64,000 nucleotides of DNA from Burkholderiales bacterium. GTDB taxonomy: Bacteria > Pseudomonadota > Gammaproteobacteria > Burkholderiales > Burkholderiaceae_C. The stretch's first letter is position 1. Each line of letters starts with the position of its first letter. The notes under the pieces are model-generated. The model did not search any database. It was not told the origin of the DNA and saw only the letters and a list, made by a program, of their open reading frames with translations. Where the stretch lies: contig JBBRLS010000018.1 of NCBI GenBank assembly GCA_038231215.1, positions 3,832 through 67,831 on the forward strand, in the 5' to 3' direction. Positions 42,980-51,737 of the stretch are shown piece by piece. The position numbers and the translations under genes were made by a program.

Positions 42980-43591
42980 ATGCCCGCGACTCCATTGGCC
43001 ATCGACTTCTACGTCGACTTCTCTTCGCCCTATACCTACATCGCGTCGGAATGGATCGAGGCGCTGGCCGCAAGGCACGGCCGCACCGTCGACTGGAAGG
43101 CGATCCTGCTCGGCGTCACCTTCCAGGCGGCCGAGCTGCGGAGCCCGGTCAGCCATCCGATCAAGCGCGAATATTCGTTGCACGACTTCGACCGCTCGGC
43201 GCGCTTCGCCGGCGTGCCCTTCACCTTGCCCGATCCCTTTCCGATCGGCACGCAGAACGCGGCGCGCCTGTTCTGGTGGTTGAAGGACGAGCGGCCCGCG
43301 TCGGCGGCGCCCTGGGCGCGGCACTGCCTTCGCGCCTATTTCACGCGCAACGTCAACCTTTCCGATGTCGATGCGCTGAAGCGCCTGGCCGCCGAGTTCG
43401 GCATCGACGCCGACGAGGCCGAGGCGGTGTGGACGGCGCCGACCTGGAAGGCGCGCCTGCGCCAGACCTGCGACGAGGCGATCGCGCGCGGTGTGTTCGG
43501 CGCGCCCTTTTTCATCGTCGACGGCGAGCCGTTCTGGGGCAACGACCGGCGCGCCCAGATCGAGCGCTGGTTGACCGGCGGCCCGTTCTAG
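42980..43591 (+). CDS. 2-hydroxychromene-2-carboxylate isomerase family (DsbA/kappa-GST fold)
   Basis: IDFYVDFSSPYTY and GVFGAPFFIVDGEPFWGNDR. Confidence 0.88.
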   Translation: MPATPLAIDFYVDFSSPYTYIASEWIEALAARHGRTVDWKAILLGVTFQAAELRSPVSHPIKREYSLHDFDRSARFAGVPFTLPDPFPIGTQNAARLFWWLKDERPASAAPWARHCLRAYFTRNVNLSDVDALKRLAAEFGIDADEAEAVWTAPTWKARLRQTCDEAIARGVFGAPFFIVDGEPFWGNDRRAQIERWLTGGPF

Positions 43592-43628
43592 CCCGGCATC
43601 GCCAGACATTTTTCAGGAATTCATCACG

Positions 43629-44195
43629 ATGGAATTGCTCGGCTACCTGCGCACGCAGGTCCACGCCAACCGGCTCGCCAATCACCGCCTGCATCACGCC
43701 ATGCGAACGCTGTCGCGCGAGGAATTCCTGGCGACGCGAACGAACTTTTTCCCGAGCCTGGCGGAGACGCTCAACCACATCCTCGCCGTCGACCTCTACT
43801 ACCTCGCCGCACTGCACGGCGAGGCCGACATGGCGCGCCAGTGGGATGACGCGCCGGTTTGCGAAACCGTCGCCGATCTCGCCTTTGCGCAGGCAGCCGC
43901 CGACCAGCGCTTCATCGATCACGTCGGCGCGCTTTCGGCGGCGCAACTCGAGGACGTCGTCGACATGGTTCGCAACGAAGGCCGCATCCAGCGCGAGCAG
44001 CGCGGCCACGTCATCGCCCATCTGCTCAACCACCAGGTGCATCACCGCGGCCAGGCGCATGCCATGCTCGCTGGCACCGCCGTCAAGCCGCCGCAGATCG
44101 ATGAATTCCTGATGCCGAGCGAGGCGCACTTTCGTGTCGACGAACTGAAGGCGCTCGGCTGGACCGAGGCGGCGCTGTTCAAGACGGCTGCATGA
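43629..44195 (+). CDS. DinB family protein
   Basis: ANHRL, FPSLAETLNHILAVD and HLLNHQVHHRGQAH. Confidence 0.88.
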   Translation: MELLGYLRTQVHANRLANHRLHHAMRTLSREEFLATRTNFFPSLAETLNHILAVDLYYLAALHGEADMARQWDDAPVCETVADLAFAQAAADQRFIDHVGALSAAQLEDVVDMVRNEGRIQREQRGHVIAHLLNHQVHHRGQAHAMLAGTAVKPPQIDEFLMPSEAHFRVDELKALGWTEAALFKTAA

Positions 44196-44236
44196 GGTGT
44201 ATGATGCACTCAAATCAATAGATTTATACACATCAT
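44192..44236. promoter_or_regulatory. AT-rich vapBC promoter with inverted repeats (probable autoregulatory operator)
   Basis: ATGAGGTGTAT...ATACACATCAT inverted repeat enclosing AAATC-AATA-GATTT. Confidence 0.6.
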
Positions 44237-44474
44237 GCGCACGAACATCCTGATCGACGACGCAGTTCTCGATGCAGCCATGCGGGCGGGGCCCTACAAG
44301 ACGAAGAAAGATGCCGTCGAAGCCGGACTGAAGCTGCTCGCCCGGCAGGCTGCATATCGCGAGATCCTGGCCTTGCGCGGCAAGCTGCGCTGGGACGATG
44401 CGGCCGAGGCTGGCCGCCGTGTCGTCAGCGAACCGTCGGTGCAATATGCGGTTCGTCGCAAGCCAAAGAAATGA
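44235..44474 (+). CDS. vapB: VapB family antitoxin
   Basis: MRTNILIDDAVLDAAM...TKKDAVEAGL (RHH-like); overlaps the toxin start. Confidence 0.88.
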   Translation: MRTNILIDDAVLDAAMRAGPYKTKKDAVEAGLKLLARQAAYREILALRGKLRWDDAAEAGRRVVSEPSVQYAVRRKPKK

Positions 44475-44872
44475 TCCTCGTCGACTCGTCGGTATGGATC
44501 GATTTCTTCAACGGTCATGAAAATGCGGGCGTCGAACGCCTGGCCGATCTGCTTGCCGACGGCACCGCGCCGCTCACGATGGCCGACCTCGTTCTCTTCG
44601 AGGTGTTGCGCGGCTTCCGTGACGAACAGGACTTCAACGCCGCACGTCGGACGCTGGCCGCGTTGCCGGTCGTCGAGATCGGTGGCGAAGACGAAGCCGT
44701 TCGTGCCGCGCGGCACTACCGCCTGCTCCGCTCTCGAGGCTTGACCGTGAACAGCCCGGTCGATGTGTTGCTCGCCAGCTTCTGCATCGAGCACGACAGC
44801 GCCCTGCTTCACAACGACCGCGACTTCGATGCGCTCGAGCGTCACGCGGGCCTGCGCGTCTGGCGCCCCTGA
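44471..44872 (+). CDS. vapC: VapC PIN-domain toxin
   Basis: MILVDSSVWID, EVLRG, VDVLLA and HNDRDF; acidic PIN residues present. Confidence 0.92.
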   Translation: MILVDSSVWIDFFNGHENAGVERLADLLADGTAPLTMADLVLFEVLRGFRDEQDFNAARRTLAALPVVEIGGEDEAVRAARHYRLLRSRGLTVNSPVDVLLASFCIEHDSALLHNDRDFDALERHAGLRVWRP

Positions 44873-44875
44873 CCG

Positions 44876-46015
44876 ATGGAGAGCATCTACCTCACCCCCG
44901 AGCACGAGCTGCTGCGCGACCAGGTGGCGCGCTTCGTCGCGCGCGAGGTCGAGCCGCACGCGCTCGCCTGGGAAGACGTCGGCCACACGCCGCGCGAGGT
45001 GCTGAAGAAGCTCGGCGGCGCCGGCCTGCTCGGCCTGATGTACGAAGGCGATCACGGCGGCGCCGACGCCGATACGCTCACCAATCTCGTCTTCGCCGAA
45101 GCGCTATCGCAATCGACCTTCGGCGGCTTCATCATCACCGTGCTCGTGCACACCGACATGGCGAGCCCGCACCTGCACCACGCCGGCACCGCGGCGCAGA
45201 AGGCGCGCTGGATGCCGGGCATCACGGCGGGCGTCACCATCACTGCCGTCGCCATCTCCGAGCCGGGCGCCGGCTCCGACGTCGCCGGCATCCGCACGAC
45301 GGCCAAGCGATCGGCGGACGGCAACGAGTGGATCCTGAACGGCACCAAGCTCTTCATCACCAACGGCGTGCTGGCCGACCTGTACTTCGTCGCCGCCAAG
45401 ACCGGCGAAGGCCGGCACGCGATGTCGATGTTCATCGTCGAGAAAGGCACGCCGGGCTTTCGCGTCGGCCGCGCGCTCGACAAGTCGGGCTGGCTTTCTT
45501 CCGACACGGCAGAGCTGGTGTTCGAGAACTGCCGCATTCCGGCCGACCGGCTGCTCGGCGAAGAGAACCGCGGCTTCTACTCGGTGATGAAGAACTTCCA
45601 GACCGAGCGCATCGCCCTCGGCGCGATGGCCATCGGCCACTGCATGCAGGCGCTCAAGGTGACGCTCGAGCACGTGCGCGACCGCCGTGCCTTCGGCGCG
45701 ACCTTGTTCGACAAGCAGGTGATCCGCCAGCGACTGGCGATGCTTGATGCCAAGGTGCGCGCCGCGCGATCGTTCATGTACCACTGCGCCTGGCGCGTCA
45801 CGCAGGGCCACGACGTGGTCCAGGAAGTCTCGATGCTGAAGGCGCTGACCGGCGAGCTCGTCAACGAAGTCGTCTCCGGCTGCCAGCAGTTCCACGGCGG
45901 CATGGGTTACATGCGCGGCACGGTGATCGAGCGGCTCTGGCGCGACGCGCGGGTGCTCGCGATCGGCGGCGGCGCGACGGAGGTGATGCTCGATGAGGTC
46001 GCCAAGCGCTATTGA
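44876..46015 (+). CDS. Acyl-CoA dehydrogenase (long-chain/AtuD-like)
   Basis: AISEPGAGSDVAG, NGTKLFITNG, QFHGGMGY and IGGGATEVM. Confidence 0.92.
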   Translation: MESIYLTPEHELLRDQVARFVAREVEPHALAWEDVGHTPREVLKKLGGAGLLGLMYEGDHGGADADTLTNLVFAEALSQSTFGGFIITVLVHTDMASPHLHHAGTAAQKARWMPGITAGVTITAVAISEPGAGSDVAGIRTTAKRSADGNEWILNGTKLFITNGVLADLYFVAAKTGEGRHAMSMFIVEKGTPGFRVGRALDKSGWLSSDTAELVFENCRIPADRLLGEENRGFYSVMKNFQTERIALGAMAIGHCMQALKVTLEHVRDRRAFGATLFDKQVIRQRLAMLDAKVRAARSFMYHCAWRVTQGHDVVQEVSMLKALTGELVNEVVSGCQQFHGGMGYMRGTVIERLWRDARVLAIGGGATEVMLDEVAKRY

Positions 46016-46045
46016 CACGCCGGTTGCGGCCGGCAGAAAGACGAC

Positions 46046-46834
46046 ATGACGAGCACCCTTCGCATCGAACAGTCGGGCGCCGTTGCCCGTGTCTGGCTGG
46101 ATCGGCCCGACGTGCGCAATGCGCTCAACGGCGTGCTGATCCGGGAGCTGGCGACCACCTTCGCGTCGCTCGCCGCCGACGACTCGGGCGTGCGCGCCAT
46201 CGTTCTCGGCGGCAGCGGCAAGGCCTTCTGCGCCGGCGCCGACCTCGCCTTCATGCGCGAGGTCGGCAGCTACACCTGGGAGCAGAACCGCGCCGATGCG
46301 GAGGTGCTCGCCGAGATGCTGTGGTCGATCTACACCTGCCCGGTTCCGGTGGTGGCGCGCATCCACGGCGACTGCTACGCGGGCGGCCTCGGCATCGCCT
46401 CGGTGTGCGACATCCGAGTCGCCGCCGACGTCGCGACCTTCTGCCTCAGCGAGGCGCGGCTCGGCCTCTTGCCGGCGACGATCAGCCCCTACGTCGTGCG
46501 CGCGATGGGCGAGCAGGCGGCACGGCGCTACTTCGTCACGGCCGAGCGATTCAGCGCCGCCGAGGCCAAGGCGATGGGCTTCGTGCACGAGCTCTGCGCG
46601 GCCGACGAGCTCGACGCCAAGGTCGCCGCGATGGTCGCGGCCCTGGTCGCTAACGGACCGATGGCGACGCGCGCCTGCAAGCAGCTCGTGCAGGACGTCG
46701 CCGGACGCGATATCACGCCGGCGCTGCGCGCCGAGACGGCACGACGCATAGCAGACATCCGCGCCAGCGCCGAAGGCAAGGAAGGCGTGCAGAGCTTTCT
46801 CGAGAAGCGCAAGCCGGGCTGGATCGTGCCGTGA
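46046..46834 (+). CDS. liuC: Enoyl-CoA hydratase, methylglutaconyl-CoA hydratase type
   Basis: RPDVRNA, AFCAGADL, GGLG and LSEARLGLLPATISPYV. Confidence 0.8.
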   Translation: MTSTLRIEQSGAVARVWLDRPDVRNALNGVLIRELATTFASLAADDSGVRAIVLGGSGKAFCAGADLAFMREVGSYTWEQNRADAEVLAEMLWSIYTCPVPVVARIHGDCYAGGLGIASVCDIRVAADVATFCLSEARLGLLPATISPYVVRAMGEQAARRYFVTAERFSAAEAKAMGFVHELCAADELDAKVAAMVAALVANGPMATRACKQLVQDVAGRDITPALRAETARRIADIRASAEGKEGVQSFLEKRKPGWIVP

Positions 46835-47466
46835 ACCTCGACCTCACGCACCTCGTCGCCATCGCCGCCGCGCTCGGCTGGGCGAGCGGCCTGCGCCTCT
46901 ACGCCGTGGTCTTTCTCACCGGGGCGGCCGGCGCGCTCGGCTGGGTCGACTTGCCGCCCGGCCTGCATGTGCTCGAGAGCCCGTGGCTGCTCGGCGCGAG
47001 CGGCGTCATGCTGTTCGTCGAGTTCTTCGTCGACAAGATCCCCGGCCTCGACAGCGTCTGGGACGCCCTGCACACGCTGATCCGCATTCCGGCCGGCGCC
47101 TTGCTCGCCGCGGCAGTGTTCGGCGGCGACCACGTGACCTGGGAAATCGCCGCCGCACTGCTGGGCGGCACGCTGGCCGCGACCAGCCACGTCGCCAAGG
47201 CGACGACGCGCGCTGCCGCCAACACCTCGCCCGAGCCGTTCTCGAACATCGCCCTGTCGCTGTTCGGCGACGGGCTGGTGCCGCTTGCGCTCTGGCTGTC
47301 GTGGGCGCATCCGGTGGCCTTCTTCGTCGCCCTCGCCTTCGCGCTGGCGGTGATGGTCGCGACGATATGGATCCTGGCGCGCTTCCTGCGTCGCGCCGCG
47401 AGCGCCGTCTCCCTGCGCTATCGTCGGCCGATGCCCCCTGCCGCCCACATCGAGGTGAACCGATGA
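46831..47466 (+). CDS. DUF4126 membrane protein
   Basis: GWASGLRLYA, EFFVDKIPGLDSVWD and ANTSPEPFSN. Confidence 0.88.
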   Translation: MNLDLTHLVAIAAALGWASGLRLYAVVFLTGAAGALGWVDLPPGLHVLESPWLLGASGVMLFVEFFVDKIPGLDSVWDALHTLIRIPAGALLAAAVFGGDHVTWEIAAALLGGTLAATSHVAKATTRAAANTSPEPFSNIALSLFGDGLVPLALWLSWAHPVAFFVALAFALAVMVATIWILARFLRRAASAVSLRYRRPMPPAAHIEVNR

Positions 47467-48407
47467 GCGCCTTTCCTTCGAAGGTCACGCTGGTCGACGT
47501 CGGGCCGCGCGACGGGCTGCAGAACGAGAAGCAGAACGTCGACGCGGCGGTCAAGATCGAGCTCGTGCATCGCCTGCAGGCGGCCGGCCTGCGCGAGATC
47601 GAGGTGACGAGCTTCGTCAGCCCGAAGTGGGTGCCGCAGATGGCCGACAACGTCGCGGTCCTCGCCGGCATCGCCAGGAAGCCCGGCGTTCGCTACTCGG
47701 TGCTGGTGCCGAACATGAAGGGGCTCGACGCCGCGCTTTCGGCGCCGCGCGCGCTGTGGCCCGACGAGATCGTCGTCTTCGGCGCGGCGACCGAAGCCTT
47801 CAGCCATCGCAACATCAACTGCTCGATCGCCGAGAGCGTCGAGCGCTTCCGGCCGGTCGTCGCCGCCGCTCACGCGCACGGCATCAAGGTGCGCGGCGCC
47901 GTCTCGGTGGCGCTCGGCTGCCCGTACCAGGGCGAGGTGAGTGCCGACGAGGTCGAGCACATCGTCAGGCTGATGAAGGAGATCGGCGTCGACCACTGCG
48001 GCATCGCCGACACGATCGGCGTCGGCACACCGAAGAAGGTACAGGCCGCGATGGAGCGAGCGCTGCGCCACTACCCGATCGCCGAGGTGAGCGGCCATTT
48101 CCACGACACCTATGCGCAGGCGGTGGGCAACGTCTACGCCGCGCTCGAGGTCGGCATCGCCACCTTCGACGCCAGCGTCGCCGGTCTCGGCGGCTGCCCG
48201 TACGCGAAGGGCGCGACCGGCAACGTCGCGACCGAGGACGTGCTGTTCCTGCTGAACGGGCTGGGCATCGAGACGGGCGTGTCGATCGATGGCGTGATCG
48301 ATGCGGCTGCGTTCATTTCCGGCGTGCTGGGCAGGAAGCCGGTCTCGCGCTCGGCGAACGCGTTGCTCGCCAAGCGCGCCGCAGCGGCCGAGAAGGCAAC
48401 CGTCTAG
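47463..48407 (+). CDS. liuE: Hydroxymethylglutaryl-CoA lyase
   Basis: VGPRDGLQNE, ADTIG, HFHDT and GLGGCPYAKGATGN. Confidence 0.93.
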   Translation: MSAFPSKVTLVDVGPRDGLQNEKQNVDAAVKIELVHRLQAAGLREIEVTSFVSPKWVPQMADNVAVLAGIARKPGVRYSVLVPNMKGLDAALSAPRALWPDEIVVFGAATEAFSHRNINCSIAESVERFRPVVAAAHAHGIKVRGAVSVALGCPYQGEVSADEVEHIVRLMKEIGVDHCGIADTIGVGTPKKVQAAMERALRHYPIAEVSGHFHDTYAQAVGNVYAALEVGIATFDASVAGLGGCPYAKGATGNVATEDVLFLLNGLGIETGVSIDGVIDAAAFISGVLGRKPVSRSANALLAKRAAAAEKATV

Positions 48408-51400
48408 CTCCAGTCGCGCAGCGCCCGATGCGTCGGGTTGCGCTGCAGGAAGCTGTCGCGAAACTCGGGCGGCATTGCGTCTTCCGCGCGCGCGGCGATC
48501 CAGGCGGCGGCAGCCTTGGCGCGGGCCAGCGCCTCGGCCTCTCGACCGACGGCACGCAGCGCCTGCGCAAGCCACAGTGTGCATTGGGGAAGCGCCGCGC
48601 CGATCGGCCACTCCGCCATCGCTCGCTCCGTCTCGGCGATGCCGGCAGCGGCCGCGATCGCGTCGCCCTCCAGCGCCGAAAGCCAGCAGCGCAACGCGTA
48701 GAGCGGAAGGAGTTGCTCGCGCAGGCCTTCCGACTCGCATCGGTCGATGAGGACGCTGCATTGCGCTGCGCGAAGCTCGGGGCGGACCGCCTTGCCCGCA
48801 GTCAGCACCAGCTCGCATGCGACGAGCAGGTTTTCGGAATCGAGCGCCGACGACACCGCCGCCACGGCATCGATGGCGCCACCGGTCGCAAGCCGGTACG
48901 CCCAGCGCAGCGCAAGCGCGCGCTCGCGCAAACGCGCGAACTGGGCGGCAGCGGCGAAGGCCTCGACGTATCGATGCGCGAGGTCCGGTCGGCCGAGGTC
49001 GAGATAGATCTCGGCGAGCGCGCTCGCCAGCCGCTGGTGCGTGTCGCCCTGCTCGGCGACGCGCTGCCGGTTTTCCTCGATCACCGCCAGGGCCTCGTGC
49101 CAACGTGCGCCGCGCCGATGCACGTCGGCGAGGATGTACACGGTACTGACGAAATTGACGGCCATCATGTCGGTACCGCGCAGCGCCTCGAGAGCGCGGC
49201 GGGCCGTCTTGCAGGCGACATCGAACTTGCCGAGGTGCGACTGGCAGAGCGCCTGCCGCGAACAGAGCATCGGCAGGGCCGACGACGAGCCCGACGCGAG
49301 CGAAGCCAGCCAGGCCTGCTGTCGGGCCAGCGCCTGTCGCGCCCGGCCGGCCCAGAGCATCACGAGGTCGGTGCTTTGCTCGATGTCGATGGCGCGGCTC
49401 TCGCGACCGATGCGCCGGTGGACCTCGGCGGCCGCGGTGAAGCGGGACGCCGCGTCGTGCAACCTGCCGGCATAGGCATCGTGAACGCCCTGGCTGAACC
49501 TGCACTCCGCCTCGATGAGGTCGTCGCCGGCCTCGATGGCCATCGCCAGCGTCTCATCGAGTATCGGCAGGAAGTCTTCGAGGTCGCCGCGCTCGTGCCG
49601 GGCGACGAGGCGAAAGTAGGCGAGGCGAATGCGCTGCGACGCGGTGTGCGCGAGCGGCGCGAGGCGCTCGACGGACTCATCGAAGGCCGCCATCGGACCG
49701 AGCTCGGTCATCGCCTCGGTGCAGTCGAACAGCAGGTCGAAGGCGGCGTCGGACTGGCCGCGCAACAACTCGATCGAGGCGGCGCGGAAGTAGGCTTCGC
49801 GGACTTCGCGGCTGCGCCCGAGCTGCCACGCCTGCCGCGCCGCGGCGGCGAGGTGAGGGATCGCGGCGGCCTCGTCGCCGGCGCTGAGCAGATGGTGGGC
49901 GAGGCGCGCCGGTCCGGCGCCGCGCTGCGCGAGATGGACCGCGACACGTCCGTGCAGCACGCGGGCGATCGGCTCCGGCAAGAGGCGCTGCGCCGCTTCG
50001 CCGATCAGGTCGTGCATGAAGCCGCGTGAATCGAGCAGGCCGAGGCGTTCGAGCGCGTGCCACGCGTCAGCGAGCTCGAGGACATCGCGCCGGCTCACCG
50101 CCGCCGCCAGCTCGGGATCGAACTCGTGGCCGGCGACAGCGGCGATGCGCACGACGAGCAGCCCATCGGCCGGCAGCGCCGTCAAGCGCTGCTCGAGCAG
50201 CTCGGCGACGCGTGCGGGCGCCTCAAGTGCGTCGGCACGCAGCTGGCCGTGCTTCTCGAGGGCGTGGCGGATCGTCTCCAGCAGGTGCAGGGGATTGCCG
50301 CCGATGCGCCGCATCAGGGCCGCCGCGACGGAGCGGGCGTCGACGAGCGGCACATGCAGGGATTCGACGAAGGGCTGCACGTCGGCGGCATCGAGCGGCA
50401 GCAAGGGCAGCGTCACGACGTCGCCGCGGCCGCCGAGCGCGGCCAGGCGCTGGGCAGCGCTCTCGCCCTGAAGCCGCGAAGCGAACGCAAAGCGAAGGCC
50501 GCCGAGGCTGGTCCGGTCGAGCAGCTCTTGCCAGAGGTCGAAGCTGGCATCGTCGGCGAACTGCAGATCGTCGAGCACGAGGGCGGAGAGGCCCTGGCCT
50601 GCCGCCGCCGCCAGCAGCTCGGTGACGACGGGCAGCGCCGACTGCACGTTCGGCGCCTGGCCTTCGCGCGGCGCGCTCATGCGCGAGAGGAAGCGCCGGT
50701 GCGCGGCGGTTGCGCCGACCGCCGGCCAGCGCTCGCGCAGGAGGTGCACGAGACGATGGACGGTCGCCAGCGGCACCTTGTCGTCGCCCGGCCGGGCACG
50801 CAGCACCAGCCGGCCCGGCTCGCTCTCGCACAGGGCGTCGAGAAGCCGGCTCTTGCCCGCGCCGGCCTCGCCCGTGAGCAGGAACACGCGTCGTGCCGCC
50901 CAGGTCGTCGCCAGCTCGGCGAGCAGCCGGTCGCGGCCGACCAGCACGGGTGGCCGCAACGCCGATGCCGGCAGCGGCTGGCCGGCGATCCAGGTGTGCG
51001 GGCGTGCTTGCTCGACGGTGTGCAGCAGGGCCAGCGTTTCCGCCGAGGGCCGCGTGCCGATCTCGTCCTTGAGCGTGCGCTCGCAGTGATCGAAGGCGAG
51101 CAGGGCGGCGGAGCGGTCGCCGCGCAGATAGTGCAGGCGCATCAGGTGGCGATGCGCGGCTTCGCTCAAGGGGTCGAGCTGCAACAGGGTCTGCGCCACG
51201 GGCAGCGCGGCGGCGAGCTCGCCGGCGCTTTCGAGAGCGCTGACCTGCGCCTCGAGGTCGCGCCGCTGACCGGTGAGGCGGCGCTCGCGCTGCTCGTGCA
51301 GCCAGCGGTTCAGGTCGGGTGCATCGGGGAACTGCAGGTCGCCGAGCACACCGACTTCGGCGTCCAGATCGTGATGCACGGCTTCGCCGAGACGCAGCGC

Positions 51401-51637
51401 GCTGCCACCGCTGACCAGCTCGCCGCAATGCTTCTTGAGGTGAAAGAGACGCTGCCGCAGCGTGTTGCGCGCCGCCTCGGGCTCGCTGCCCGGCCACAGC
51501 AACTCGGCCAGCCGGGCCCGCGGCGTCGGACCCTCGAGCGCCAGCCAGGCCAGCAGCGCCGCGTCGCGCGGGGCGAGCGCGCTGTTCGAGCCGTCGGCGA
51601 GGGTGGCCGACGCGAGGTCGACCAGGTGCAGGCGCAT
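48404..51637 (-). CDS. SARP/BTAD-domain regulator with AAA/STAND ATPase and TPR-like C-terminus
   Basis: wHTH (LLAWLALEG...LLWP...ARNTLRQRL) and BTAD (DPLSEAAHRHLMRLH...GTRPSAET). Walker A GEAGAGKS, Walker B LVLDDLQFAD, then a helical repeat tail. Confidence 0.88.
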   Translation of the reverse strand: MRLHLVDLASATLADGSNSALAPRDAALLAWLALEGPTPRARLAELLWPGSEPEAARNTLRQRLFHLKKHCGELVSGGSALRLGEAVHHDLDAEVGVLGDLQFPDAPDLNRWLHEQRERRLTGQRRDLEAQVSALESAGELAAALPVAQTLLQLDPLSEAAHRHLMRLHYLRGDRSAALLAFDHCERTLKDEIGTRPSAETLALLHTVEQARPHTWIAGQPLPASALRPPVLVGRDRLLAELATTWAARRVFLLTGEAGAGKSRLLDALCESEPGRLVLRARPGDDKVPLATVHRLVHLLRERWPAVGATAAHRRFLSRMSAPREGQAPNVQSALPVVTELLAAAAGQGLSALVLDDLQFADDASFDLWQELLDRTSLGGLRFAFASRLQGESAAQRLAALGGRGDVVTLPLLPLDAADVQPFVESLHVPLVDARSVAAALMRRIGGNPLHLLETIRHALEKHGQLRADALEAPARVAELLEQRLTALPADGLLVVRIAAVAGHEFDPELAAAVSRRDVLELADAWHALERLGLLDSRGFMHDLIGEAAQRLLPEPIARVLHGRVAVHLAQRGAGPARLAHHLLSAGDEAAAIPHLAAAARQAWQLGRSREVREAYFRAASIELLRGQSDAAFDLLFDCTEAMTELGPMAAFDESVERLAPLAHTASQRIRLAYFRLVARHERGDLEDFLPILDETLAMAIEAGDDLIEAECRFSQGVHDAYAGRLHDAASRFTAAAEVHRRIGRESRAIDIEQSTDLVMLWAGRARQALARQQAWLASLASGSSSALPMLCSRQALCQSHLGKFDVACKTARRALEALRGTDMMAVNFVSTVYILADVHRRGARWHEALAVIEENRQRVAEQGDTHQRLASALAEIYLDLGRPDLAHRYVEAFAAAAQFARLRERALALRWAYRLATGGAIDAVAAVSSALDSENLLVACELVLTAGKAVRPELRAAQCSVLIDRCESEGLREQLLPLYALRCWLSALEGDAIAAAAGIAETERAMAEWPIGAALPQCTLWLAQALRAVGREAEALARAKAAAAWIAARAEDAMPPEFRDSFLQRNPTHRALRDWS

Positions 51638-51737
51638 GGCAGCCGGTGCCGCACGCCGGCTGGCATGCGACGGGCGGCTGGTGAGGGTGGCTGCGATGGT
51701 AGCTACGAAAGAAGCGGCGAGGACCCGTATCGAGGAC

